This document shows positions 11,285 to 22,643 of a stretch of 64,000 bases of DNA, piece after piece. The stretch lies in the NCBI GenBank assembly GCA_943841495.1, contig CALSYL010000003.1:80915-144914 (forward strand). The letters are read 5' to 3'. The notes under the pieces were generated by a model. It saw only the letters and a program-made list of their open reading frames with translations, did not search any database and was not told where the DNA came from. How positions within the stretch are numbered: position 1 is the first letter of the stretch; every line of letters begins with the position of its first letter. This stretch comes from an uncultured bacterium. Its GTDB lineage: Bacteria > Fidelibacterota > Marinisomatia > Marinisomatales > Marinisomataceae. Both the position numbers and the translations under genes were made by a program.

Positions 11285-13036
11285 ATGACTATTAGAACAC
11301 ATAATTGTGGTGAACTGAATAATAATCATATTGACAAAACTGTAAAACTTTCAGGATGGGTTAATTCGATTCGTACCCATGGTCAGATTATTTTTATTGA
11401 TATTCGTGACAGGTTTGGTAAGACTCAAATTATTCTCAATACAGATAGTTTGGTTGAAACAGGAAAGTCGCTTTCAAATGAAGACGTTATTCATATTACC
11501 GGTAAAGTTATAGCTAGATCTGCAGATTTAATTAATCCAGATTTATCTACAGGACAAGTTGAAGTTATTGTAGAAGAAATAGCTGTTTTAAGCTCAGCAG
11601 AGCCAGTGCCATTAAACATTAATGATAGAGATGCATCATCAGAAGAGCATAGATTAAAATATAGATATTTAGAACTTAGAAATTCTTCTCTTCAAAAGAA
11701 TTTAATTATTAGACATAAGACAGCACAAATCGTAAGAAATTTTTTATCTGATAATAATTTTTTAGAAATTGAAACTCCTGTTTTAATGAAGTCAACACCA
11801 GAAGGTGCAAGAGATTATTTAGTTCCAAGCAGGGTACATAATGGGCAATTTTATGCGTTACCTCAGTCTCCTCAAATGTATAAACAGCTTTTCATGATCT
11901 CAGGCCTAGATAGATATTTTCAAATTGTTAAATGCTTTAGAGATGAAGATTTAAGATCTGACAGACAACCTGAGTTTACTCAAATTGACCTAGAAATGAG
12001 TTTCGTAGATGAAAAAGAGGTAAGAGCGCTAGTAGAAAATTTAATTACAAAAGTCTTTAAAGAAATAATCGATGTCGATATACAAGAATTTCCTGTTTTG
12101 GCATATCAAGATGCTATTGAAAAATATGGAACAGACAAACCAGATTTAAGATTTGAAATGACAATTAACGATTTTAAATCTTTTTCAGATAAATCTGATT
12201 TTAAAGCATTTTCTTCATGTGAAGCTGTAAAAATGGTTTCTGCTAAAAATGCAGATACTTTTTCAAGAAAGGTAATAGATGAGCTTGATAGTTTTGCTCA
12301 ATCTAACGGCGCCAAAGGATTGGCTTGGTTTAAGGTTAATGATAATAATTTAGAGGGAGGAATATCTAAATTTTTTAATGAAGATTTACGTAAAGAAATT
12401 ATTGAAAGCTTTAATCTAGAAAATAATTCTATTTGTTTTATGGTTGGTGATAAGCTTGATAATTCACTTCGTATTTTAGGAAAAGTAAGAAGTAAATTAG
12501 GTGATATGCTTAATCTTAAAAACAATGCATCATTTGCTCCGGTTTGGATAGTGGATTTTCCACTATTTGATTGGAATGAAGATACAGGTCGATTTGATTC
12601 AGTGAATCATCCATTTACCGCTCCTAAAGATTCTGACAAAGATAAGGTAGTTTCTAGTCCTGCAGATATCATTTCTAAAGGTTACGATATAGTAATTAAT
12701 GGGTACGAAGTAGCAGGGGGATCAATAAGAATTCACGATCATGAGCTACAAAAAGAAATTTTTAAAATTATGAATCTATCTGAAAAAGAAATTTCAGAAA
12801 AATTTGGATTTTTTATAGATGCTCTAAAATATGGTACACCACCGCATGGAGGTATTGCTTTTGGTCTAGATAGGCTTGTTATGCTATTGGCTGGAGTAAA
12901 TAATATTAGAGATGTCATTGCATTTCCAAAGACCACATCAGCATCCGCACTTATGGAAGAAGCTCCAAATTACGTTTCAACAGAACAATTAGATGAACTT
13001 GGAATTAAGGTGCTTAGCGATGAAAAAGACGTTTGA
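11285..13036 (+). CDS. aspS: Aspartyl-tRNA synthetase
   Basis: Class II motifs [18 protein letters not shown] and GGSIRIHD...[15 protein letters not shown]-fold N-terminus. Confidence 0.95.
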   Translation: MTIRTHNCGELNNNHIDKTVKLSGWVNSIRTHGQIIFIDIRDRFGKTQIILNTDSLVETGKSLSNEDVIHITGKVIARSADLINPDLSTGQVEVIVEEIAVLSSAEPVPLNINDRDASSEEHRLKYRYLELRNSSLQKNLIIRHKTAQIVRNFLSDNNFLEIETPVLMKSTPEGARDYLVPSRVHNGQFYALPQSPQMYKQLFMISGLDRYFQIVKCFRDEDLRSDRQPEFTQIDLEMSFVDEKEVRALVENLITKVFKEIIDVDIQEFPVLAYQDAIEKYGTDKPDLRFEMTINDFKSFSDKSDFKAFSSCEAVKMVSAKNADTFSRKVIDELDSFAQSNGAKGLAWFKVNDNNLEGGISKFFNEDLRKEIIESFNLENNSICFMVGDKLDNSLRILGKVRSKLGDMLNLKNNASFAPVWIVDFPLFDWNEDTGRFDSVNHPFTAPKDSDKDKVVSSPADIISKGYDIVINGYEVAGGSIRIHDHELQKEIFKIMNLSEKEISEKFGFFIDALKYGTPPHGGIAFGLDRLVMLLAGVNNIRDVIAFPKTTSASALMEEAPNYVSTEQLDELGIKVLSDEKDV

Positions 13037-13961
13037 AATTCAAGGTATTGATTTAACAAATCTTTACGGTATCGCAGATAAGAATATACTTTTTTTAGAG
13101 TCGCAATTACCTTTAAAACTCAATGTAAGAGGGAATAATATATATTGCCAAGGCTTAAAAAAAGACATTAATCATTTTGATATTGTTTTAACTCAAATGA
13201 TTGATTCAATTAAAAAAGGAAATACGTTATCTGAAAAAGATATTACCCAGCTTGTGATGTTGAATAATGCTACTCCCATATCTTCTAAAAATGGTTCAGC
13301 TGAAAATGTTCTTTTCTATGGAAAAAAAGGACCAGTTTTTCCAAGGACAGATGGACAAAAGGATTTGGTAAAATCTTTTTTAAAAAATGACATTATTATC
13401 TCAGTGGGACCTGCAGGGACAGGAAAAACGTTTTTAGCAGTAGCTTATGCATTATCATTATTGGAAAAACATGATATCGAAAAAATTATTTTTTGTAGAC
13501 CAGCTGTAGAAGCAGGAGAAAATTTAGGCTTTCTTCCTGGAGACTTGAAAGATAAAATTGATCCTTATCTTGCACCTTTGTATGATGCGTTGCATGAATT
13601 ATTACCAAAAAATAAAATACAAAATCTTTTAGACAGAGGTATTATTGAAATTATTCCTTTGGCATATATGAGAGGTAGAACAATCAATAGGTCTGCAATG
13701 ATTTTAGATGAAGCTCAAAATGCATCTTCAATTCAGATGAAAATGTTTTTAACTAGATTGGGTATTGAATCAAGAGCGATAATTACAGGAGATGTATCAC
13801 AAATTGATTTACCAAATAAATCAAATTCTGGTCTGATAGATGTATTAAAGATTTTAAAAAATATTAATGATATTGGAATAGTTAAATTAAGTGAACATGA
13901 TATTGCTAGGCATCATTTAGTTAAGGATATCATAGATGCTTATTCCAAATCAAGTAAATAA
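13020..13961 (+). CDS. phoH: PhoH-like ATPase (PhoH/YbeZ family)
   Basis: Walker [28 protein letters not shown] and ILDEAQN. The likely true start is the in-frame ATG at 13020 (MKKTFEIQG) rather than 12993, which lies deeper inside aspS. Confidence 0.85.
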   Translation: MKKTFEIQGIDLTNLYGIADKNILFLESQLPLKLNVRGNNIYCQGLKKDINHFDIVLTQMIDSIKKGNTLSEKDITQLVMLNNATPISSKNGSAENVLFYGKKGPVFPRTDGQKDLVKSFLKNDIIISVGPAGTGKTFLAVAYALSLLEKHDIEKIIFCRPAVEAGENLGFLPGDLKDKIDPYLAPLYDALHELLPKNKIQNLLDRGIIEIIPLAYMRGRTINRSAMILDEAQNASSIQMKMFLTRLGIESRAIITGDVSQIDLPNKSNSGLIDVLKILKNINDIGIVKLSEHDIARHHLVKDIIDAYSKSSK

Positions 13962-13973
13962 AGGAGTGTTTAT

Positions 13974-15038
13974 ATGAGTTTAATTTTTGAAAAAATTTCT
14001 GACAAAAATCATGAACAAGTTGTTTATTGTAACGATCCCCTATCTGGTTTAAAAGCTATTATAGCAATACACAATACGGTGTTAGGCCCTGCGCTTGGAG
14101 GATGTAGAATGTATCCATATAAAAGCGAGGATGATGCTTTAGTTGATGTACTAAGATTGTCAAGAGGTATGACATATAAAGCTTCAATTTCAAATCTTAA
14201 TCTTGGAGGTGGAAAGGCTGTAATAATAGGCGATCCAAATAAAGATAAATCTGAAATTTTATTGAGATCTTTTGGAAAGTTTGTTCAAAGTTTGGGTGGA
14301 AAATATATTACTGCAGAAGACGTTGGAATGTCCGTGCATGATATGGAATATATAAGGATGGAAACAGACCATGTTACTGGAATTAAGAGAGCTATGGGAG
14401 GAAGTGGAGATCCTTCAATACTAACAGCTCTTGGAGTTTTTGTAGGAATGAAAGCTGCTTTAAAAAAGAGATTAAATATTCAATCTATAAAAGGCTTAAA
14501 AATTGGAATTCAAGGTTTTGGAAAAGTTGGATATTATTTATCATCCCATCTTATAAAAGAAGGAGCTCAAGTTTTTGGTAATGATATAAATGAAGAAGCC
14601 TTGAATAGAGTCGTAGATGAATTTGGAGTTATTCCTGTTGGAGGAGATGAATTAATGTCGATGGACTTGGATGTATTCTCACCATGTGCAATGGGCGCAA
14701 TAATAAATCCAACTTCCATAGAAAGTTTAAAGTGTAGTGTCATTGCTGGAGCAGCAAACAATCAATTAGAAAAAGAAGATAGAGATGCTAAACTTTTAAA
14801 GGAAAAAGAAATAATGTATGTACCAGATTATGTGATAAATGCTGGTGGTTTGATTAATGTAGCTAATGAACTGCAAGGCTATAATAAAGAAAAAGCAAAG
14901 TATCAGGTAGAAGGAATATATTATATATTGATGAGAATATTTGATTATGCAGCTAACAATAATATTTCAACACTTGAAGCAGCGAATTTGCTGGCTGAAA
15001 GAAGAATACAAGATTTTATTAAATGGAGTCATCAATAA
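13974..15038 (+). CDS. Leu/Val/Phe dehydrogenase (Glu/Leu/Phe/Val dehydrogenase family)
   Basis: LGPALGGCRMY, the catalytic-lysine region NLGGGKAVI, and a Rossmann motif GIQGFGKVG. AAAGGAG lies upstream. Confidence 0.8.
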   Translation: MSLIFEKISDKNHEQVVYCNDPLSGLKAIIAIHNTVLGPALGGCRMYPYKSEDDALVDVLRLSRGMTYKASISNLNLGGGKAVIIGDPNKDKSEILLRSFGKFVQSLGGKYITAEDVGMSVHDMEYIRMETDHVTGIKRAMGGSGDPSILTALGVFVGMKAALKKRLNIQSIKGLKIGIQGFGKVGYYLSSHLIKEGAQVFGNDINEEALNRVVDEFGVIPVGGDELMSMDLDVFSPCAMGAIINPTSIESLKCSVIAGAANNQLEKEDRDAKLLKEKEIMYVPDYVINAGGLINVANELQGYNKEKAKYQVEGIYYILMRIFDYAANNNISTLEAANLLAERRIQDFIKWSHQ

Positions 15039-15042
15039 TTAG

Positions 15043-15465
15043 ATGGCTAAAGTAGACAAACAGCAAAGAAAGTTAGCTAGAGAAGCTGTATTGCAAGCAT
15101 TATATGCTAAATATGTATCAAATGAGGAGCAAAAAAAAGTTCTAAAAGACATTAATTCTAGATACAAGTTTGACAAACTTACAATAAAATTTGTTGATGA
15201 ACTTTTTAGCTTAACAGTAGAGAATAGCAGTGAATTAGATAAAAAAATTGAAACTAATTTAGATAATTGGACTTTAGATCGTTTAAATGTTATAGATAGA
15301 TTAATTTTGCAAATGTCCTTATGTGAAATGATATATTTACAGTCTTATGATATATCTCACAAGGTTACAATTAGTTCAGCGTTAGAAAATGCAAAGAAAT
15401 TTAGTTCAGAGGATAGTATATCATTTGTCAATGGTGTATTAGATTCAATTTATAAGGAATTATAA
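15043..15465 (+). CDS. nusB: Transcription antitermination factor NusB
   Basis: 140 aa, AREAVLQALYA at the N-terminus and FVNGVLD near the C-terminus. Confidence 0.85.
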   Translation: MAKVDKQQRKLAREAVLQALYAKYVSNEEQKKVLKDINSRYKFDKLTIKFVDELFSLTVENSSELDKKIETNLDNWTLDRLNVIDRLILQMSLCEMIYLQSYDISHKVTISSALENAKKFSSEDSISFVNGVLDSIYKEL

Positions 15466-18400
15466 ATGGGAATTTTAACAAAAATATTTGGAACTAAGTC
15501 AGACAGAGAAATCAAAAAAATTCTCCCTAAAGTAAAAGAGATTAATGACTTTTACGATACTATTGATGGCAAAGATATAAGATTTCTTCAAGAAAAAACT
15601 AAAGAATTACAAAAAATAATTAGAGATAGAATTTCTGAACAAGAACAAACGCTTTTATCTGAAATTAGCGATTCAAAAGAGCTGAAAAAAACTAGATCAG
15701 AAATCACAGAAAATATTTTAAAAGATTATATTGTAGAATCTTTCGCTTTAGTTAAGCATGCATGTAAGCTTCTTTATGGAAAGGAGTGGTTAGCTGTAGG
15801 TCAAAAAATCAAATGGGAAATGATACCATATGATGAGCAGATTATTGGCGGTCTTGTTCTTCATAACGGAAAAATATCTGAAATGAAAACTGGTGAAGGT
15901 AAAACATTGGTAGCTACATTTCCAATATATCTAAATGCGCTAGCTGGAAGAGGTGTACATGTTATTACGGTAAATGATTATTTAGCTCAAAGAGATGCAG
16001 AATGGATGGGAAAAGTATTTGAAACCTTAGGTCTTTCAGTAGGATTTATTTTAAATACAATGAATCCTGAACAAAGAAAATCTGCTTATGAATGCGATAT
16101 AACTTATGGTACTAATAATGAGTTCGGCTTTGATTATTTGCGAGATAATATGACTATTGATAGCGAACATCTTGTTCAACGAAAACATAATTATGCAATT
16201 GTTGATGAGGTTGATAGTGTTTTAATTGATGAAGCTAGAACGCCATTAATTATTTCTGGTCCTGTTGAATCTAAAATTAATCAATCATATATAGATTTAA
16301 AACGTCCCGTTCAATCACTTATAGTGAAACAAACACAATTGGTAAATTCATTAGTAAGTGAAGCTAGTAAATTAATAAAAAAAGATAAGTTATCGGATGA
16401 AGACGCTGCTGAAGCAGGGCTCTTATTGTTGAAAGCTAAGCGAGGATTGCCTAAAGATCAGAGACTCCAAGATTTATTTCAAGAGCAAGGTACGATAAAA
16501 ATGATGAATTCAGTAGAGTCAGAGTATATTGCAGAGAAAAAAACATATTTATTAGATGACGATTTATATTTCTCAATTGATGAGCAATCAAACAGTGTAG
16601 ATCTTTCGGATAAAGGCAGAGAAGCACTATCTCCCGATAATAAAGATGCATTCACAATTCCAGACTTAGGTGAATTATTAACAGATATTGATGAAAAAGA
16701 TTTACCAGATGATCAAAAACAATTAGAGAAAGAAAAAATTCATAAGCTTCACTCGGAACGAAGTAGTAAAATACATTATCTAAGTCAACTGCTAAAGGCA
16801 TATGCATTATTTGATAAAGACGTAGAGTACGTTGTTCAGAATGGACAAGTATTAATTGTTGATGAGTTTACAGGAAGAGTTTTACCTGGAAGAAGATTCA
16901 GTGGAGGTTTACATCAAGCTTTAGAAGCTAAAGAAAATGTAAAAATTGAAAAAGAGACCCAAACTCTTGCTTCTATCACTATTCAAAATTATTTCAGAAT
17001 GTATGATAAGCTTTCAGGTATGACTGGTACAGCAGATACAGAAGCAGCAGAATTTGAAAATATATATGGTTTAGGTGTAACTGTTATTCCTACGCACAGA
17101 CCAATTAAGCGAAATGATTTTAACGATGTTATATATAAATCTATGCAAGCAAAATACAAGGCAGTTATTAATGAAGTAAGTGAATATTACACGAAGGGTC
17201 AGCCTGTATTAATTGGCACTATTTCTGTTGAAATTTCTGAACTACTATCAAAAATGTTAAAACAAAAAGGTATTCCTCACAATGTTTTGAATGCAAAACA
17301 GCATCAAAGTGAAGCTGAAATTGTTGCACAGGCAGGTTTAAAAAAATCAATCACCATTGCAACCAATATGGCTGGTCGAGGTACAGATATCAAGCTAGGA
17401 CCAGGAGTTGAAGAATTAGGTGGATTACATATTATTGGAACCGCCAGACATGAATCAAGAAGAATAGATTTACAATTAATGGGTAGATCGGGAAGGCAAG
17501 GTGATAGTGGTTCATCAAGATTTTATATCTCTTTAGAAGATGATTTAATGAGACTATTCAATATGGATAGATTAGCAACGTATATGGATCGCTTATCAAT
17601 GGATGAAGACCAAGAGTTAAGTGCTGGTATGTTAAATCGAGGTGTTAGCAATGCTCAAAAGAAAGTTGAAGAAAGAAATTTTGCAATGAGAAAACACCTT
17701 TTAGAATATGATGATGTTCTTAATCAACAAAGAGAAATTATTTATGATTTAAGAAATAAGGCTTTGCAATCTGATTCTATAAAAGATACAATTCATGAAT
17801 TTATTGAAGACTATATAGATGATATTTTAGGAGAGCTAGATTTTAAGCAAGTCAATGAATGGGATTGGCAAGGAATCAATCAAGAATTTAACAGTAACAT
17901 TTTTGTAAGTGTTGATATCAAAGAAATTTCATCACTCAAAAACACTGATGAATTAATTACGCATGTATATAAAAAGGCACTACAGTACTATAAATTGAAA
18001 GAAGATATAATTCCAACAGAACTGCTTAGAAAAGTAGAAAAATTTATTGTTTTAAGAACTATTGATGAAAAATGGAGAAATCATCTTCTTGGAATGGATC
18101 AATTAAGAGAAGGGATTGGATTAAGAGCTTATGGACAAAAAAATCCGTTAATCGAATATAAATCTGAATCATATAATTTCTTTCAAGAATTAATGATTAG
18201 CTTGAGAAGCAATGTAGTGCAAAGAGTCTTTCATGCACAGGTAAGCGATCAAGTTCAGCCGCATGCAAATCCTTTACAAAAAAACTTACAATTAAAACAT
18301 GATAATGTTAATAATGAAACTGCTGGAACACCTTCAAAGGAAAAAGTACAAATGCAAACTTCTGATGACGGTGAGCATAAAATTGGTAGAAATGACAAGA

Positions 18401-18489
18401 TAAGTGTTATATCTCCAGCTGGTGAGAAAGAAGAAATTAAATTTAAGAAATTAGAATCTTATTTATCGAAAGGATATACTCGTGGCTAA
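15466..18489 (+). CDS. secA: Preprotein translocase ATPase SecA
   Basis: MKTGEGKTLVA, DEVDSVLIDEARTPLIISG, TNMAGRGTDIKLG and a C-terminal basic tail. Confidence 0.97.
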   Translation: MGILTKIFGTKSDREIKKILPKVKEINDFYDTIDGKDIRFLQEKTKELQKIIRDRISEQEQTLLSEISDSKELKKTRSEITENILKDYIVESFALVKHACKLLYGKEWLAVGQKIKWEMIPYDEQIIGGLVLHNGKISEMKTGEGKTLVATFPIYLNALAGRGVHVITVNDYLAQRDAEWMGKVFETLGLSVGFILNTMNPEQRKSAYECDITYGTNNEFGFDYLRDNMTIDSEHLVQRKHNYAIVDEVDSVLIDEARTPLIISGPVESKINQSYIDLKRPVQSLIVKQTQLVNSLVSEASKLIKKDKLSDEDAAEAGLLLLKAKRGLPKDQRLQDLFQEQGTIKMMNSVESEYIAEKKTYLLDDDLYFSIDEQSNSVDLSDKGREALSPDNKDAFTIPDLGELLTDIDEKDLPDDQKQLEKEKIHKLHSERSSKIHYLSQLLKAYALFDKDVEYVVQNGQVLIVDEFTGRVLPGRRFSGGLHQALEAKENVKIEKETQTLASITIQNYFRMYDKLSGMTGTADTEAAEFENIYGLGVTVIPTHRPIKRNDFNDVIYKSMQAKYKAVINEVSEYYTKGQPVLIGTISVEISELLSKMLKQKGIPHNVLNAKQHQSEAEIVAQAGLKKSITIATNMAGRGTDIKLGPGVEELGGLHIIGTARHESRRIDLQLMGRSGRQGDSGSSRFYISLEDDLMRLFNMDRLATYMDRLSMDEDQELSAGMLNRGVSNAQKKVEERNFAMRKHLLEYDDVLNQQREIIYDLRNKALQSDSIKDTIHEFIEDYIDDILGELDFKQVNEWDWQGINQEFNSNIFVSVDIKEISSLKNTDELITHVYKKALQYYKLKEDIIPTELLRKVEKFIVLRTIDEKWRNHLLGMDQLREGIGLRAYGQKNPLIEYKSESYNFFQELMISLRSNVVQRVFHAQVSDQVQPHANPLQKNLQLKHDNVNNETAGTPSKEKVQMQTSDDGEHKIGRNDKISVISPAGEKEEIKFKKLESYLSKGYTRG

Positions 18490-19657
18490 CAAAAAAAATA
18501 AATTACATTTTTCAACAAAGACTATTCATGTGGGCAATAAAATTGATGAAACTGGAGCTGCTGTAACTCCGATACATTTTACATCTACATTTAAACAGCC
18601 TACGTTTAATAGTGATTCTAAATATGTTTATTCAAGAGTGGGAAGTCCTACATTAGCTGCCTTGGAAGAAAATTTAGCAATGCTTGAGAATGCTAAGCGT
18701 GCTTTTGCTTTTTCTTCTGGAATGGCTGCTATGACAGCAATTTTTATGATGTTTAAGCCAGGAGATCATGTTTTAATATCAAGGAATGTGTATGGTGGCG
18801 TTTTCAGGTTAGTAACCAAAGTATTAAATGATAATAAAGTAGATTTTGAGTTTATTGATACAACAAATCTAGATTTAATTTCTGAAGCAATTAGAGATAA
18901 TACAAAATTAATACATCTTGAAACTCCAAGTAATCCCTTATTAGAGATGGCGGATATCGAAAAGGTATCATCTTTAGCTCGTAAACATAACATATTAGTT
19001 AGTGTTGATAATACTTTTATGAGTCCTTACGGTCAAAGACCATTGGATTTAGGAGCAGATATTGTCATGCACAGCACAACTAAATTTCTAAGCGGTCATT
19101 CTGATGTTTTAAGTGGAGCTTTAATGGTTAACGATGAAGATGCTGCAGAAAAAATTACCTTAATTCAAAATACGGGAGGAGCACTTCCTAGTCCATTTGA
19201 TGCTTGGTTGCTTTTAAGGTCAGTTAAAACCTTATCTGTTAGAGTAGAAAAACAATTTAAAAATGCAGAGGTAATTGCAAAATGGTTAGATGGTAACCCC
19301 AAAGTTACAAGAGTAATTTATCCTGGATTGAAATCACATAAACAATTTGATTTAGCAACAAAACAACATTGTTCTCCAGATGGAAACCCAGTGTATGGGA
19401 GTATGATTTCTTTTGAGCTTGAAAAATCCATTGGTCTCGATTTTTTTGCAAAAAATTTAAGTATCATTACCTTAGCTGAAAGTTTAGGGGGAGTAAAAAG
19501 TTTAATATCGTGTCCATATTCAATGACTCATGCATCAGTTCCTCACGAAGAAAAAGCAAAGCTTGGAATAACACCTAATTTATTAAGGTTTTCTGTTGGT
19601 ATTGAACATGCAGATGATTTAATTTCAGAGCTTGATTATGCAATGAATCATAATTAA
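18482..19657 (+). CDS. Cys/Met-metabolism PLP enzyme (cystathionine gamma-synthase/gamma-lyase/beta-lyase family)
   Basis: PLP-lysine motif HSTTKFLSGHSD and the N-terminal IHVG...TGAAVTPIHFTSTF. The GTG start overlaps the secA stop. Confidence 0.8.
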   Translation: MANKKNKLHFSTKTIHVGNKIDETGAAVTPIHFTSTFKQPTFNSDSKYVYSRVGSPTLAALEENLAMLENAKRAFAFSSGMAAMTAIFMMFKPGDHVLISRNVYGGVFRLVTKVLNDNKVDFEFIDTTNLDLISEAIRDNTKLIHLETPSNPLLEMADIEKVSSLARKHNILVSVDNTFMSPYGQRPLDLGADIVMHSTTKFLSGHSDVLSGALMVNDEDAAEKITLIQNTGGALPSPFDAWLLLRSVKTLSVRVEKQFKNAEVIAKWLDGNPKVTRVIYPGLKSHKQFDLATKQHCSPDGNPVYGSMISFELEKSIGLDFFAKNLSIITLAESLGGVKSLISCPYSMTHASVPHEEKAKLGITPNLLRFSVGIEHADDLISELDYAMNHN

Positions 19658-19696
19658 CACTTTTTTAGGTTAATTTTTTTATATTGTAAAATACAT

Positions 19697-19778
19697 GCCG
19701 TGGTGGCGGAATTGGTAGACGCGCTGGTCTTAGGAACCAGTATCGTAAGATGTGAAGGTTCGAGTCCTTTCCACGGTA
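19697..19778 (+). tRNA. tRNA-Leu (anticodon TAG)
   Basis: GCCGTGGTGGCGGAATTGGTAGACGCGCTGGTCTTAGGAACCAG... The anticodon loop is CTTAGGA. It has a long variable arm and a T-arm GGTTCGAGTCC. The acceptor closes with a G1-U72 wobble and no CCA is encoded. Confidence 0.9.
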
Positions 19779-19781
19779 CTT

Positions 19782-21572
19782 ATGGAAATTATATTCCTAG
19801 GTGCTATAATTCTGATAGCTTTAGTATTATTTGTTACAGAATTATTTCCAATTGATGTAACAGCCTTACTAGTTTTAGGCTTATTGCTCATTCTTGGTCT
19901 TGTCAGTCCTGCTGAAAGTCTTGCTGGATTTTCTAATCCTGCAGTGATTACTATTGCTTGTCTTTTTATTTTAAGTTATGCATTGCAAAAATCACATGTT
20001 CTTGAATATTTAATTATTAACATCAATAAATTAATAGATCAATCAAGAGTCATTGGTATGATTGCATATCTTTTTGTTATTGGAATTGCATCTGCTGTAG
20101 TTAATAATACCGCTATTGTTGCAATTTTTATGCCTGTCACAATACGATTAGCTGATAAGTATAATATAAGTCCATCAAAAGTTCTTATACCTTTAAGTTA
20201 TGCTGCAATTTTAGGTGGAACCTTAACACTGGTTGGGACCTCAACTAATCTTATTGTGAATTCAATTTTAGTTGAATCTTCTAGCGGAACAATTTCATTG
20301 GGGATGCTTGAGTTTGCAAAATTTGGCATAATAAAGTTTATTGTTGGCTTGATATATATATTTACTATTGGGTATAAGCTATTACCAAGTAGAGTGGCTA
20401 AATCATCAAGTATTGAAGATTATAGATTGGATGGATATCTTACAGAATTTAAAGTTAGTAATAATTCTCCATTAATCGATAAGACTCTCCTAGATAGAAA
20501 GATAAATGAAAATTATGATATTATCGTCTTAGATGTATTAAGAAATGGAGAAATTATTAATTCAAATCTTAGAAACCTTAGTATTAAAGAAGATGATATT
20601 CTTTTTGTAAAAGGTTCTTTTGAAAATTTTCAAAGATTAAAAGAAATAGAAAATCTTACAATGCTTGCAGATGAAAAGCTTACTCAGGAAGAACTTGAGC
20701 AAGAAAATAATATACTTGCAGAATGTTTAGTCACAGACAATTCTGAGCTGATTGGTCTATCTTTACAAGAAGCTAATTTTCGAAGATCATTTGGAAGTTT
20801 TGTTTTGGCAATCAGAAGAGAAGGAGAGATTATTAGAAGAAAGTTAGCTCATTTTATTCTCAAGCCTTTTGATACACTTTTAGTTTATGGACCTAAAGAT
20901 AGGATTAGTCAGCTTGCAAATAAAGAGGGTTTCATTGTTTTAGGAAAAGTTGATGGCTCTCTAGATGGACATCCATTTTGGTGGTTAAGTTTAGCTTCAA
21001 TTCTAATTGCAGTTACTTTAGCTATTTTTAATATTATTCCAATTGTAGTTGGAGTTATTTTAGGAGTTATAGCATTACTACTATCTAGAGTTATTACACC
21101 TAATGAAGCATATAGTTCGATTCATTGGCAAGTCATTGTTGTTATTGCAGCCTTTCTTCCAATGGGTGCTGCAATTAAACGTACAGGATTAGATGTTATA
21201 ATAAGTGACCTAATATCAAACTTTGTAAATATTTTTCCAGCGGAGATACTTCCATATATCCTACTAGCTTTAATTTATTTTATTACTATGATTCTAACTG
21301 AAATAGCTTCAAATGCAGCTACAGCAATTATTATGACCCCAATTACTCTGTCGCTAGCAGCTAGTTTTGGATTTGATCCTAAGCCATTTATCTTTGCTGT
21401 TTGTTACGCTGCCTCAGCGTCTTTTATTACCCCAGTAGGTTACCAAACTAATTTGATGGTATTTGGTCCTGGAGGTTATAGATACTCAGACTATATTAAA
21501 GTTGGTCTTCCTTTAGGAATAATTTTATGGATTATTTCTGTAGTAATGATTCCAATGATTTGGCCATTTTAA
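19782..21572 (+). CDS. SLC13/DASS-type anion permease with two central TrkA-C (RCK C-terminal) domains
   Basis: N- and C-terminal multi-TM halves (VTELFPIDVTALLVLGLL; ASNAATAIIMTP) flank two soluble repeats (LTEFKVSNNSPLIDKTL...; LAECLVTDNSELIGLSL...). The listed start at 19752 lies inside tRNA-Leu. The in-frame ATG at 19782 is used instead. Confidence 0.8.
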   Translation: MEIIFLGAIILIALVLFVTELFPIDVTALLVLGLLLILGLVSPAESLAGFSNPAVITIACLFILSYALQKSHVLEYLIININKLIDQSRVIGMIAYLFVIGIASAVVNNTAIVAIFMPVTIRLADKYNISPSKVLIPLSYAAILGGTLTLVGTSTNLIVNSILVESSSGTISLGMLEFAKFGIIKFIVGLIYIFTIGYKLLPSRVAKSSSIEDYRLDGYLTEFKVSNNSPLIDKTLLDRKINENYDIIVLDVLRNGEIINSNLRNLSIKEDDILFVKGSFENFQRLKEIENLTMLADEKLTQEELEQENNILAECLVTDNSELIGLSLQEANFRRSFGSFVLAIRREGEIIRRKLAHFILKPFDTLLVYGPKDRISQLANKEGFIVLGKVDGSLDGHPFWWLSLASILIAVTLAIFNIIPIVVGVILGVIALLLSRVITPNEAYSSIHWQVIVVIAAFLPMGAAIKRTGLDVIISDLISNFVNIFPAEILPYILLALIYFITMILTEIASNAATAIIMTPITLSLAASFGFDPKPFIFAVCYAASASFITPVGYQTNLMVFGPGGYRYSDYIKVGLPLGIILWIISVVMIPMIWPF

Positions 21573-21574
21573 TC

Positions 21575-21808
21575 ATGGAATGGACTTGTAAAAATAATAT
21601 TCTTTCTAAAACTTTTGAATTTCATTCATATTTAGATGGAATTGATTTTGTAAATACAATTGCAAATATAGCAGAACAAGAAAATCATCACCCTGATATA
21701 AATATTGGATATTGCAAAGTAACAATATTCCTAACTACTCATGATGCTGGCGAGTTAACTGATAAAGACTACAAGCTTGCTAAAATAATAGATGACCTAG
21801 GAATTTAA
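21575..21808 (+). CDS. phhB: Pterin-4-alpha-carbinolamine dehydratase (PCD/DCoH)
   Basis: The HHPDINIGYCKVTIFLTTHD motif. The in-frame ATG at 21575 avoids a long overlap with the upstream permease. Confidence 0.8.
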   Translation: MEWTCKNNILSKTFEFHSYLDGIDFVNTIANIAEQENHHPDINIGYCKVTIFLTTHDAGELTDKDYKLAKIIDDLGI

Positions 21809-21809
21809 A

Positions 21810-22643
21810 TTGGCTTATCTATTAGCCATATCAGTTTTATGGTCTTTTTCATTCGGGATAATAAAATATGGCTTATCTGGAATTGATTCTTCATTTATAA
21901 GCTTTGCTAGAAATATAATTGCATTAACTTTTTTTACTTCTATAACATTTTACAATATCAAAAAATTTAGTTTTGACTTAAAGTTAGTAGGTATTGGTGC
22001 TTTACAATTTGGTTTGATGTATATTTTTTATATTGAATCATATAAATACTTACCAGCTTATCTTATTGCCACTTTTACTATTACAACACCAATTTATGTT
22101 GCTTTAGCTAGCCAATATTTAAATAGTAAGTCATTTACGCGAAATGGATTTTATGCTATTTTAATGGTTCTTGTTGGGTCATATTTAATGAGGTATAATT
22201 CTCTAACTCTTGAAAATTATATGTTAGGCTTTTTGCTTATTCAATGTGCAAATATATTTTTTGCAACTGGTCAAATATTATTTAAAAAATGGAATGAAGA
22301 AAATAAGGATAATGATATTATTCATAATTTCTCTCAATTATTTTTTGGAGCTACTTTAATAACTTCAATTTTCTACTTTTTAGGATCATCTAAATCTATG
22401 ATTTTAACCCAAAGCAATTTATATGCTTTACTTTTTCTAGGAATTGTATCTTCAGGAATAGGGTTTTTAATGTGGAATATTGGCGCAACTAAAGTGAGTG
22501 CAGAAAAACTAGCCATTATGAATAATGCAGTTATTCCAATCGCAATTTTTAATTCCTACTTAATTTTTGGAGAAGCAATTAATATTATATTATTCTTACC
22601 TGGACTGATATTTTTTTATTTAGCTTTTAAACTAATCAGTTAG
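21810..22643 (+). CDS. EamA/DMT-family transporter
   Basis: About 10 TM segments in two similar halves. The TTG start is taken from the ORF track. Confidence 0.65.
   Translation: MAYLLAISVLWSFSFGIIKYGLSGIDSSFISFARNIIALTFFTSITFYNIKKFSFDLKLVGIGALQFGLMYIFYIESYKYLPAYLIATFTITTPIYVALASQYLNSKSFTRNGFYAILMVLVGSYLMRYNSLTLENYMLGFLLIQCANIFFATGQILFKKWNEENKDNDIIHNFSQLFFGATLITSIFYFLGSSKSMILTQSNLYALLFLGIVSSGIGFLMWNIGATKVSAEKLAIMNNAVIPIAIFNSYLIFGEAINIILFLPGLIFFYLAFKLIS

Noticed and set aside
19752-19781. Listed start of the transporter ORF at 19752 (MKVRVLSTVL…).
   Set aside because: These codons lie inside the T-arm and acceptor stem of tRNA-Leu. The in-frame ATG at 19782 gives a typical SLC13 N-terminus.
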